A stretch of 63,866 nt of DNA, filler included, from Asterionella formosa (taxonomy: Eukaryota): NCBI GenBank assembly GCA_002256025.1. It is 11 parts of 11 records of this genome, joined end to end, with 100 filler letters (N's around TTAATTAATTAA, not from the genome) between each part and the next. Parts side by side here need not be neighbours in the genome. Positions count along the whole stretch, not along the records: positions 1 to 5,772 come from NKIB01012928.1; positions 5,873 to 11,643 come from NKIB01012929.1; positions 11,744 to 17,514 come from NKIB01012930.1; 8 more parts are not named here. One strand, 5' to 3'. Each line of letters begins with the position of its first letter. The stretch's first letter is position 1. The notes beneath the pieces are model-generated. The model was not told where the DNA came from and made no database searches. It saw nothing but the letters and a program-made list of their open reading frames with translations. The translations under genes and the position numbers were made by a program. Shown here piece by piece: positions 1 through 11,757 of this stretch.

Positions 1-962
1 GCTGACGGGTATGCCCGGTGTTCCCGGAAAGGACCTGACACTGTTTTGTTGTACAATGCGCTCACAGCAAAAATGGTGGTTTCTATCTGAGGCAGACGAA
101 GAGCAACTGGGAACGGATAGAGACATTAATTATTACCAGTACAAGTCGAAGGAAGATAAGGAGTTGCAACCTCCCCCTCGCGTGGTTGGGTAACATGCCG
201 AAATGCCGGCATTGATCCTCCACCGCAGTTGCGGGGCGGAGGTCTGATGGTACCAAAGGGTGAAGTGTACAATACTCTCGAGCACTTACTAGCAAGATGG
301 GCAATTGAAAATAATATTGTTGAACTTGTCTTGGGCGCATCGTTGCACCGTGAAGTTGTAAATAGATCAACTCCAATTGATTGACTGTCTTGCTTCCATG
401 TGCGAGCACGATGAGCCAGTCAAGGGGGTACCGGATGGTGGAGTCGGTCCTAATGCATTTTGCTTGAAAGCAGAGCATTTGCTCCTTGCTTGGAGAACTT
501 GTGCAAGCAAGGCGGATGCAGCTGTTTTCCGATGAGATTTATCACCTGCTTGTATCCATTCTTCCATCGCTTCCAAGAAATCTCCATGCAATATCGCTTG
601 TCCGGGCTGTGGAGGACACTCTTAATGCTGCAAAAGGTAGCTCACTGTTTGAAGTTGCGGAGTTTTGTGGTGCACTTGCAACATGAGCAAACATGGACGC
701 CAAAGCAGGGCAACTTGGTGTGCACTACTTTCGCTCAGAAGTGGTCCGCGTTGAGGTACTTATGCTTCTCTGGGCTGTACTGACCCACCCAAATGCGTCC
801 GCTCTGAAAAACTACGAGATTTTGAAGCAGTATGTTACCAACGAGCTTCGTATTGACCCATTGGGTGGATCGCATCGTGAAACATTCTTTGAATCATGCA
901 CAAAATCGCTGGCATTGAATGCGGAACAATTGGCAGGAGGTACACTCAAGACGACATTGACA

Positions 963-3531
963 ATGCTAAGAGCCTTAGGTTGGAAAACAGAATTGGAGAA
1001 ATCTGTCAAACGGTTGAAAGCGAATGATCCAAGTTTGACTGAACTTGATCTCCGTAGTAATTCAATTGGTGTTGATGGAGCCAAGGCCATTGCAGAGGCT
1101 CTCAAGGTCAATACTGTCTTGACTACACTTAATCTCGGAAGTAATTCAATTGGTGATGACGGAGCCAAGGCCATTGCAGAGGCTCTCAAGGTCAATACTG
1201 TCTTGACTACACTTGATCTCTATAATAATTCAATTGGTGATGACGGAGCCAAGGCCATTGCAGAGGCTCTCAAGGTCAATACTGTCTTGACTACACTTGA
1301 TCTCGATGATAATTCAATTGGTGATAGCTTACTTAATAAAATCCAAAGAGCAGTTGATGCAAACAAGAACCGCAAACCAACAGTAGCCAACACAACTCAG
1401 CCAACATCATCAAAAACAACAACAAATGCAGCACATCCTTCTTCCCCAACAACTCCAACACCAAGCAGTAACAATCCCACTGATCCAATTTCCATAGGCC
1501 GGTCGAAAATGAAGGAGGCCATGGAAAATGTGAATTCAAGACCAATCGAGCTTCCTGTGGAATTCATTACTTATTGTACAAACAACTTTGATGATGCCTT
1601 CAAACTTGGTGAAGGCGGTTTTGGTGCTGTCTACAAAGGCAAGGACGACAATCGGTATTTTGCTGTTAAACGCATTCTTTTCAATATCGCTGTTGCACAA
1701 GATAAGGTGAAGGAAGTTAGCAAAACTTTCAAAATTGAATTGGAGGTGAGCTCATGTGTGGTATCATCTATTGGATGTTGTTTCAATTCTTTATGTTTCT
1801 CATTCTTCTCTTTTACTATTTCAGGCATTAAAGAGGTTCCGACACCCTCATATTGTATCTTTGTATGGCTATCATTTGTCCCCTGATTCGCCTTCTCAAT
1901 ACCTGGTGTATGAGTTTGCATCCAGGGGTTCGCTTGATACATTTTATGCGAGTGAACAAAGCATGGCAAGTCTCTCGAGTGAGAGACGACTTCGAATCAT
2001 GTTTGACATTATTCGTGCCATCCACTGCCTTCATACAGAGAAAAGTGACAACTTCATTCTGTTTCATCGCGACATAAAGTCAGCTAATATCTGTCTTGAA
2101 CGAAACTATACTGCCAAGCTGATTGATTGTGGTCTAGCCAAGTTTGTGCCTGTTGATGACTCCATTTCAACCAGTGCAATTCCTTTTTCAGTTCGGAACA
2201 CATCAAGTGGTGGAGTCTTTGGGACACCTGGCTACACATGTCCATGGTATTCTCGTGGACATAAGACATTTGAAGCATCATGTGATGTTTTCTCGTTTGG
2301 CATTGTCATGATCGAGCTTGTGACAGGCTGCCTCCAAAATGATAAGAATAGGTTGGGAGATTTCTATGATCGCTACATTCAAGAGTGTGCAGGTTACTCA
2401 TTGGTGGACGATGTTGATACTCTTGCAGAGGAATGGGAAGATGGAAATCTGGCCTCTGTGTGCTCATTAGCCATTCGTTGCATTCAGACCAAACGCGAGA
2501 AAAGGCCAAAGACTATTGAATTGGTGGAAGAAATGGGTCGACTTGTAAGTCAAACACATCATAATGTTGGTGGATTTCCCACAGCATCCTGTGGTGGAAA
2601 TATGGGAACACTGAGCTCGAATGAAAATGCTGAACTTTGTTTTTTGTGCGCCAAACTTTCAACTCCTGTTTCCATTTGCCAAAACCATTCCACATGCCAA
2701 CAATGCTTTGAGGATCATGTCCATATGCATCTTGGTGATATGACCATTCAGTGCCCAATCGTTGGTTGTGACCAGTTTTTTTCAAATAAGGAAATGTTCA
2801 ATAACCCTTTCATGTCCCGCAATCTGTATGACCTTCACGTGAAGAAACAAGATGAAAATGGCAAATGGTCAAAACTTTATCAGCACCAAAACGAGATTCT
2901 CAAGCAGATCACTCGTGTTGCCAGTCAATTGTCACGAACAACACAGGCCCTTGCCAATCTTACAGCTGGAGTGGATGCAAAGTGTCCCAGAATTGTCTAT
3001 ATTGTACCACTCAATGAAAAAAGGGAACCAATCTGGAAATGGCCAAAAAACTGGATAAAAACTGAAGTGCAGATTTTCTTTGTTTGTCAGCATTCATTTG
3101 ATGTTGTAACAGAAAGCTGTATTACTACAAAGGTTACCAAGCAATGGGTGACATGTGTTGCACCTGCCATCAAATGTGCAATGTCACTTCTCAGAGCTGC
3201 TATATCTGCTGGCTTATTTACCACTGGGATTCATTTTCCAATAGAATCGATTGAGAAATTTGTCTTGGATATGATAGTTGATCCACTTACAAAACAGCTC
3301 ATCGCAAGGACTGAAGAATTCCTCACAGGCATAAGTGCTACTCAAAATAATTCTATTCTTGAATAGGATAGGAAGAAACTTACTGAAATTGTTGGAGCAT
3401 CATATGAAGTAATTTCTCAAAAGGCTCAGAAGGATAAGCATTCTGAGTGGAAGAACCACCTGGTTCCTGTTTTGGACCGTGCTGGTAATATCATATGGGT
3501 GAAGAAGAAATTTCAAGGTTTATATCAATGA
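963..3531 (+). CDS. LRR(RI/NLRC3-like x4)-IRAK/Pelle-like TKL kinase-RING-like finger-coiled coil-C-terminal domain (copy A); premature TAG at 3364-3366
   Basis: Exons 963-1745 and 1825-3531, with a 79-nt intron 1746-1824 (GTGAGC...TTTCAG) giving ...KIELE/ALKRFRHP. Kinase motifs GEGGFGAVY, AVKR, HRDIKSAN, DCG, GTPGY, DVFSFG. Cys/His pattern CFLC...CQNHSTCQQC...CPIVGC. ATG 963 is chosen by homology to the paralog ATG at 54284, although the ORF is open from 693. The frame continues 54 codons past the TAG to TGA 3529-3531. Confidence 0.85.
1037..1333 (+). repeat. Tandem 84-nt (28-aa) LRR units of copy A
   Basis: Repeated aattcaattggtg(a/t)tga(c/t)ggagccaaggccattgcagaggctctcaaggtcaatactgtcttgactacactt; about 3.5 units. 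Confidence 0.95.
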
Positions 3532-3768
3532 TTGGTTGTTTGTATTCTTTCTGCATTTTGAATGTTAAATGTCATTTCTTGTGGGTGGAGAATTTCAAGG
3601 CTATTAAATAGTCTTGTTTATTCCCAGCACAAGCAATATTTGTTGATTTTGGCAACATTATAGTAATAGTTTTGAATTTACAATACATTTTTTGACTTGA
3701 GAAGGGGGAAATCATTTTTGGAAATAAAATTTGAATTTCATTATATGATATTTTTATTCTGACTTGTA

Positions 3769-4664
3769 ATGTATACCAGTAGTCACCACGTTGAACTTGC
3801 AACTCATATCTTGATTTTGAGGAGATATGAGTTGCAAGTTCTAGCTTCCCTGACAAAACACTCTTGTCAATCATTCAAGTATGATGTGGAGTGCTTTGCT
3901 AGAATAATGGTATGGGCATTGCATGCTGACCAAACATTTGGCTCCATTGATGACAAGTTTGGGAAATTCAAAACATCCATGCTGCTGTTGCTGGCTGAGA
4001 GAGCAAACTCACCAGCAAGGGAAAAAGGATGTGCAGTTGCTAACTGTGCTCTTGCTCACATAATGAAGCCAGGAGTAGATACTCCTCTCTACAATCTTAT
4101 CGATAGTTTCAATTTCGAGATAATCATGCATGAATGTCTTGCTGCAAATACCTTGAACATGTCTATTGATGAAGTTAAAAAGCTACCAAAGTTTCAACTT
4201 CCAAATGCAGTCACTGTCATACATGCAAATCCTGCGTTACCGACAAAACGAAAGTGGTCAGTGATAAAGACGCCTTGATCATCCAAGGATCCAGTGGAGT
4301 TGATGTGGGTTTTCTTTTCAAGGAACTGGAAAACTTGAAAGTTTCCCATGCTGAAGAAGCGAAAAGGTGGAGAGATTCTCAAAAGCAACATTCCAAGAGG
4401 TTGAATGATTCTCTTGCAGATAGAGCCAAACTTGAGCATGAATTAGATGCACTTAAAAAAGATTTGGCCACAATGAAGGCCCCTCCACAAAGTGATGGCG
4501 GTCTAATCCATGCAGATCATCGTGAAGCTTACAAGGATGAAGTTTGTAGGATTACTCAGGACATGTATGAGCTGAAGGACCAAACAACATTGCTTTGTGA
4601 AGAAATTTCCGCACTTAAGAATATGATAGCAAAGCTGCAGGAAGGTGATGGCACAAAGATGTAA
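3769..4664 (+). pseudogene. Unknown protein remnant with C-terminal coiled coil, split over two frames
   Basis: ORFs 3769-4278 and 4254-4664 overlap in different frames; the second has heptad-like helices (LEHELDALKKDL, LCEEISALKNMIAKLQ). No recognisable family. Confidence 0.35.
3793..3841. repeat. Perfect 19-bp inverted repeat, 11-nt loop
   Basis: gaacttgcaactcatatct (3793-3811) / agatatgagttgcaagttc (3823-3841). Confidence 0.9.
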
Positions 4665-5016
4665 AAACAGCCAAAACGCTCAATATTTCGGAGGAAGAAC
4701 ATTAAGTGATACGTTATCTGTTTTCTTGATGTAGTCATGATAAAAATTGATTAAGATATAACTGCATACTAGTGATTCTCGCCTAGTTCGATTCTCTTTT
4801 TCCAACCAATGCTCTTCCAAATTGTTGTCATTAGAAAAGATTGCTTGTTGCTGCTGTGGTGCCTCCAAAATATATTTCTGATCCCTGGTAGTTGTACATG
4901 TGACCTTAGCTATGTCTTGGTGCTGGATACTCATGATCAAACGTGATCCATACTTTCTCAGGTGTTGACAGAAAAAGGTGATGATGTGGTGTTGGTGGTG
5001 GTGCGCAGTCCTCCCT

Positions 5017-5772
5017 AATGACTACTTCACTAGGAGGTCGTGATTTACTCCTTTGTTGATGTTTGTATCTTATTTTCTCCTTTTTCCTGCGCAACAACTT
5101 TTGGCGAGTCTCATTGATATTAATAGTTGTTGTTGCTGTAGTAGCTGAACAGCTTTCTCCCTTTGCGTATGTTGCAATGTCAGGTCTCGTCGAGTATTAT
5201 CCTTTTGTTCACCATGAACGTGACCATGACCATGACCATGACGACTATGGCGTATTTTTGCTCCTTCTTCATCCTTTACTGTAGCATCAGCAGGAGTTGT
5301 ATCATGAATGATGCCTCCTTTACGTTTCTGCTGGCGGGTCGAGCCAAGACGGATGTGATGTTCCTTTTCCTGTCTCAATAGCCGGAATCGCTCATCCGTC
5401 ACTCCAAAAAGTCGTCTTGTGCTTCAGTGTCAGTGTCAATAGCTACCAGTAGTGCATCCCCCAGTATCCTTCGAAGAAACAGGACTTTATCTTTATGGAA
5501 CGCAAAGTGATGGAAAGCAACAGCAAGTCGGTTTTCCGTACATTTAGCTAAATACTCGAAGAACCTGAAAAGGACGTTTGATTCTTTCGTGTGGTAGGCA
5601 GTGTGGCCTTGTACCAACATTCAACTGTACATATATGTTGAAAGGTCTCATACTCCTTCCCGTCTGACGGGTTTCCTCTTACGTAGGACTTGCATGTTAT
5701 ACCACTACCGGTAGTATTGTTATCTTCTTTCTGCTGCTAGCCTTTGTGCTAGTTTTTGCTATTGACCTTACT
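5017..5772 (+). repeat. Dispersed repeat family, copy 1
   Basis: About 5017-5630 matches 52070-52688 in reverse complement; about 5635-5772 matches 41535-41665 in reverse complement. Confidence 0.85.
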
Positions 5773-5872
5773 NNNNNNNNNNNNNNNNNNNNNNNNNNNN
5801 NNNNNNNNNNNNNNNNTTAATTAATTAANNNNNNNNNNNNNNNNNNNNNNNNNNNNNNNNNNNNNNNNNNNN
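5773..5872. other. Assembly gap with synthetic TTAATTAATTAA spacer (same at 11644, 17515, 23381, 29248, 35112, 40974, 46833, 52689, 58540; plain gap 14684-15438)
   Basis: Identical N44-TTAATTAATTAA-N44 pattern; the spacer places stops in all six frames. Confidence 0.97.
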
Positions 5873-6833
5873 AGTCATCGTTCAAGTGTTCGGTACGAAT
5901 CGCAATAATTTTGCGATTTGCTGGAATCTGAGAAAGATAAAACCCAAAATTGTACTTGTTGTGAGTAGAGAAACCTTGCTCTCCTTTTATGGCCATGCTT
6001 GCCCGATTTTGGCAAACAGATTTCTGCTTGCCCTTTCTCCCTAAGCCTTTCTCCGCTAATTCATTTAATGTTGAGTAGCATTCCACAAACAGGGGCGCCT
6101 TTGCCTTGTAGCGATCGTCTTTTTGATCCTTCCTTATCTTCTCATATTGGAACCATGATATTATTCGTTTCAAGGGGTTGCGAAGTATGAACAAATAATA
6201 GTTGAAGTCGCCGTTCGCACAATCATCGAGTGTTGTATGCATCACGTTAGTAGTGAATCTTGGGAGACGACCTAGGGGAATGGCGAAGTTTTTCCCGCAG
6301 GCAGGATAGCGAAAGCCAAAATAACAGGCCAAAGTGCTTCCTGCAGTCTTTCCTACGTGGACGAAGCACACTTTACGGCCTGGTGGCACTTCCGGTGGCC
6401 TCATTGGAAATTTTGTATACCAGGGCATTTCTTTCGTACCGTTCACTGCTGGTGTTACAATTTTGTCCTTTTCCTTGCCGACCGGTGCTACAACTTTGTT
6501 CTTCTCCTTGAAGGCCCGTGTCAAACCTTTGTTCTTCTCCTTGAAAACCGGCGTTACAACTCTATTCTTTTCCTGTACTTCTGGTGTTACAACTTCTTTC
6601 GTCCACTTAACTGAGATTGGTTCAACTTCTTCTTTGTCTTTGACTATCTGTGATACAATGGTTGCTGGAACCTGTGCGCCAAATTCATGATAAGAAATGT
6701 TCACCATTTTGGACGACCCTTGCGCCTCCACTAAAAACTGACTGAAAATGAAGGCTGTGGACAGCCATAAAGACGCTAGCCCGATGATGACAATCAATCG
6801 CATGAATACGGGCATTGTTGCGGGACTCTTCAT
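5873..6833 (-). CDS. Golgi-type (type II membrane) sulfotransferase family protein, 3' end lost in gap
   Basis: N-terminal TM helix; Lys-rich stem with KEKNKVVxP-like repeats; 5'-PSB-like motif FVHVGKTAGST; 3'-PB-like motif LRNPLKRIISWFQY. Confidence 0.75.
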
Positions 6834-9699
6834 CGCGAAATTAAAAAATTCTAGGGATTGGGAAAGTCAAAAGAACGAGGTGAGTGAAGGGTGAACCTAC
6901 ATGGTACCCGTGGTACTGGTACCTGGTACCCTGGTACCGGTTCTACTGTGTATACCACCATGATATACCGGTAGTACCTGCTACTATGATGTTAATATGT
7001 GTTTATACACAAACGAAACTGATGAATGATATGATATATTTATTGGGCAGCAAATTATATACGGTATTTATTTTTATAGATATGAGAATAGTTTGTTGTC
7101 ATTAAATATTTATGCTTCGCATAATAGCAACCAATGTTGTCACGATGATGGGAATGAAAAATATAATGGTCATTCTTACCTAAGAGCTGACGGGTTCTTA
7201 ACGGTCGTCTGTTACAACGGGCGAGGTAGAGCCCATACAGAAATGTACAGGAGTGCGCCAGCTGGCTCCGAGGAGAGTGAGCAATGTTGGAAGGCAAACC
7301 TGGCTGGCGAGCAACCCCTGACTGTACTCACGAATCGCGTTCCGGTGACAGTACGACGTATACCGGAACTAGATAACGTCCAGTTTTAAGAGTATAACGT
7401 CAAGGTGCCCCGCTTGCTTCTTGTCCCGGATTTTTCGAATTTTTCGTTTTGCTTACCTCTTGTACCTCTGGGAGGTACGGGAAACTCCGTACTTCCTCGC
7501 TACGTGGAAAATTCAATATGTGTATCGTGCACAGACCTTGCTGTTTTTTCCAAATAAAATTCTAGTCGCGCGTTCTTCTGCGAAGTTCGCGTACTTCTTG
7601 AAAAGTACGCGCGACTACCATTTCAAATATTTTTTGATACTCGTTGTCACACCATGCTCAACGCATCGTTCTTGGTTTCAAAAAAGCAGTCATTCTCCAT
7701 TTGACCAGTGGATCATAATGACAAATATTTGACACACTGACGGAGATCGAACGAAAAGACCGCAAAAGAACGAGAATCCCGGATATACGACGTTTTTCTG
7801 CGGTCTTTTGCGAACTTCGCGTTCTTTTGCGGTCCTTTGGGAAAACATGATGCGAGGTCGATTTTAGATAAAACACCGTTTCGTACGTTACTTTTCGTAC
7901 TTCGGAGTTTCCGTCAACTCCCTGTGCTACATAAACGTATTGCATGGTTGAAACAAAACCCTGATGACCAGAACAGTGGGAGACGTATGTGGGTCTTAGT
8001 ATCTTGGAGTTGTGGTAAAAGACGGTTCTTACTACCAGGTAAATAGAGATAAGTTTTTCATTTTGCGCAACTTGCTGGTAGTTTACATGTCTGAGCTGGG
8101 CTAATGTGTGCCAAACAGCCATGCTGGACCTATGAAGAAAACCCAGTTACAAGTAGTCCATGTAGATAGAAATCATGTTGCTTATCAGCAATAAATCAAC
8201 AAACAGAGCTCCTTGTTGGATGCTGCCCACTGTAGTAGGTCAACAATGGCATATGGTGATCCAACTATTCTAAACTAATAAATAGTGAATTATAAATCAA
8301 TTTTTGCTTTTGGCCTGAGCCCTTGTAGACAATGGAGCATTGTAGAGCACACATATGTACAAATAAATCTCTTTTCGATGAAACAATGAGGCATCGAGAT
8401 GTTGTTCTTTGTCATCAAGCCCACTTGTGGGTTTCCGAAACTAATGTTTCTGCTATATCTAAACGAATGTAATAGATACAGTTAAAATCATTTACAATAC
8501 GCTAGCGACTATTCGATTCTATCTATTTGACTAGTATACAATAACCAATGAGAGAGAGACGACATGATTACTGTTGTCAAATTGTCAGCGATTTGTTGTA
8601 GTTGTTGCCGACATAATGACAATGAATTTTGACTTATACCGTTATACTTTTACCGTTTCAAGGGTCAGTGTCCAGGGTATAAACCGGTATATTAAGACAT
8701 GTACGCAATGTATACTGACTCGAAGATGAGCAGAATAATTGGGTTTGTGCTTGATACATTCTAAGCAGTCAACACGGAATCCTACGTCGTGTAGGTAACT
8801 GTGAAAAAATTACATAAATAACATGATAATGCGTTTAGGTAAAACTTATTGGGATGCGTATAGGCACGGAATCTCCTACCAGGTACAGTACCAGTAATGC
8901 AAACAACGCGTTTGCGTTGGGATTTTCACTCCCGTTGGCATCGCATTTTATGGTTACAGAAGTCGAAACACTGTTTGGTTGGCATTTTTGTTCATCATGG
9001 TTAGCAGCAGCCTTAACCATCAAACCCTTATTTACTTTTAACTTAAGCAGCATGGGTCACGAGCACAAGCCAAGCCTCCATGGAAAGCCGCCAGCCCTTG
9101 CACAACGCGCTCTAAATATATAAATGAAGTTCTGTATAATTAGCTAATAATAAATAGCCCCCCCCAAAAAATTGCCATTATACGGTTTTAAGCATGTTTT
9201 CTGGATATCCCAGGTACAATCAATATACCGGTATATCATATCTTCCCCTTTAGTCTACCGGTATGCATTTATTACCACTCCCTGAGATCCACTGGCATAA
9301 GACATAAAACAAGGAAGAGTGATTGCTTTACTGGTAGTATGAATGGTATCATGAAGAAGCTTGGATTATGGTTTACAGAAGCTCAAAAGAGGACCTGATG
9401 GGGATGGCGAAATTGATGGTCGGCTCTTTTTATTGGGTAAATATTTGGTGGGCCGATTCAAAGTTGATAAAACAACTAGACAACAACGTATTTGGAACCG
9501 CGCGCTTGAATCTTTTTATGACGGTGATACTGACGTGTTCCATCGCCTTCCCGCAAATTCTTGGCTGGGCGTCCTCTCAAATGTAATTGTGAGGAAATAA
9601 TTACAGCGATTGCAGATATCCTGTATCGCAAGCGTAGTAGTACATATCTTAAATTACCACGCTTGCCCTTCCCAAGTCAACAGTTTTTGATAATAGAGG

Positions 9700-10305
9700 G
9701 GATGTGTGTGTTTGATGGTAAAATTGGTATTTGGCCATTTGTTCACCAAGTGGCAGCCCAAAGGACTTCCACTTATCGACCAGCAGGGACCATGGAAACA
9801 AAATCCCTCCCAGTTACCAAGCAGACATATGCTGACATGATCATGAATAATTTTTTACCTGTGATCAAAGAGAAGTGGCCCGATGACAACAAACGAATAT
9901 ATCTACAGCATGACAATGCATCCACACATTTCAGTTCCAATTATGCTCCCTTTGTACTACTACTAGCTACAGCAAAAGCGGAAGGCTGGGATATTCAATT
10001 GACAAAGGAACCAGCAAACAGTCAAGATTTAAATATCAATGATCTATCGTTTTTCAGGGCATTGCAGCCAGGTCAATGGGACTTCATGGAGGAATCAAAC
10101 GATGATGTTGACAGCTTGATAGAGGCAATGCAGTCAGCATTCAATTCATGTGATCCCAAACTATTAAATTTTTTCTTTTTTACCATCACAGGGTTGTATG
10201 GAGGAAATCATTTTGGTGAATGGCAATAATAACTATGATATACCGCACATGGGGAAGGCAACTTTAAATCCGGTGGGATTGCTTCCAGATAGGCTATCTG
10301 CATGA
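9700..10305 (+). mobile_element. Plant-type mariner (IS630/Tc1/mariner, DD39D-like) transposase C-terminal remnant
   Basis: FDGKIGIWPFV...AQRTSTYRPAGTMETK...KEKWP...IYLQHDNASTH...EPANSQDLNINDLSFFRALQ. A frameshift in the T-run at about 10170-10181 leads to QGCMEEIILVNGNNNYDIPHMGK. The N-terminal half is absent. Confidence 0.85.
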
Positions 10306-10619
10306 AAAGGAGCAGATGAATTGGCCTCACATTTCTCAATGAAGAGTTCTAATAATAAGGTGGTGTGCAGGTAGGGTTTTTTCGTTGCCAGCACCTCTAT
10401 GGCTGCATTGGATTGACAGACAATCCTCCTCCTTTTCATTTTTTAAATATATATAAATATGGTGCTACTCGGAGTGCATCTAATTGTAACTTAGAGCTTC
10501 AACTGAATAGCAACAAGTCTATTTTATTAACACAGCAGTAGAATTGCTATTATCTAACAAGTGATCACCTATTTTGATGACTTCCTCCTCCTTAACAGCA
10601 TCTTCAATCTTGACGATTT

Positions 10620-11057
10620 CATCAAGAAACGTGAATAGCGCAATTCCATAACCTCGCATATTCATTCTTTTTTCTTTTGCTGATTAGAGTCTTTGAGTAG
10701 TTCAATAACTACTGCAGTACGATGAACACAATTCGTTGCCTCAAATGTGTCACGAACAATTCTCCTGGAAAGATATCCAGCTCTGCACCTTTGACCTTCT
10801 GGATGGAGGTCACAATCCATCATCACCTGGATTGTATCCTTGAGTTCTTGTAGGACCTCACCCAGCACTGTACACTGCCGATGAACAAAGACCACTGATC
10901 CAACTTTCACAGTTGATCCGCAACAGCAATCACGATGGGCACAGCTGCGCCCATTATTGCTTACCATCAAGCCGAGGATCTGACCATCAGGAATGGGCAT
11001 GTTGTCAATGTCAACATCCATTTTGACGATAATGATGATGGTGATGGTGATGGACAT
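10620..11057 (-). pseudogene. Small Cys/His-motif protein (GRSCxxH..C.CG), frameshifted at 3' end
   Basis: GQILGLMVSNNGRSCAHRDCCCGSTVKVGSVV...CRAGYLSRRIV...AVVIEL; the tail MNMRGYGIAIH lies in another frame. It resembles uncharacterised stramenopile proteins (recollection, not searched). Confidence 0.45.
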
Positions 11058-11757
11058 AATAATACTAGTAGAATCAACACATTGGCATTGTTTGATATAT
11101 AAATGTACCCAATGTATATATATGTATGTTAAATTGCTTTCGATTAATTTATTTAGATGCTAAATATTTAATTTAAAAAACAGAGTTAATGTTCACATTT
11201 ATGTAACTCATATAAATCGCCATTTTCCGAGTAAGCCGACCCTCATGTAGAAAATTGGTATGTAGTCGACATAATCCGTGCCAAAATAAGCTGCTCGGCA
11301 ATGAGGGTTCCGATATTCGATCCAACTATTTCGGACAGAGGAAGTACCAGTTACTCTGACCTATGCTCCGTAATAAACCATCAGCCAGCAAGGGCAGTAA
11401 ACGAAAGTGTGGTCGCTGATATTACTGGTATGCATTTCGGTCCTGCAAGCAAACATACTAACGAGTTTCATTTTTTCACGGAACAATAGCACTACCAGGT
11501 GCCTACGACCATTCTCCTTTGCCTTGTTGCTATCGAACAATAAAGGAATATCATGCAATCAAATGTTCATCAGATCCCTGAAGAATACCTTGACGCCCAA
11601 CGAGCGGCGATTGAAGCTGTCTATGTCGGACGTGCCACACTGGNNNNNNNNNNNNNNNNNNNNNNNNNNNNNNNNNNNNNNNNNNNNTTAATTAATTAAN
11701 NNNNNNNNNNNNNNNNNNNNNNNNNNNNNNNNNNNNNNNNNNNAAACACAACTCTCC

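Noticed and set aside
812..1195. Antisense ORFs over the LRR arrays (also 54178-54432, 55537-55803)
   Set aside because: Shadows of the repetitive sense-strand coding sequence.
5817..5828. Recurrent TTAATTAATTAA motif
   Set aside because: Synthetic scaffolding spacer inside N-runs.
9361..9680. Possible C-terminal tail of another gene upstream of the mariner fragment
   Set aside because: Protein-like but without a motif I can assign.
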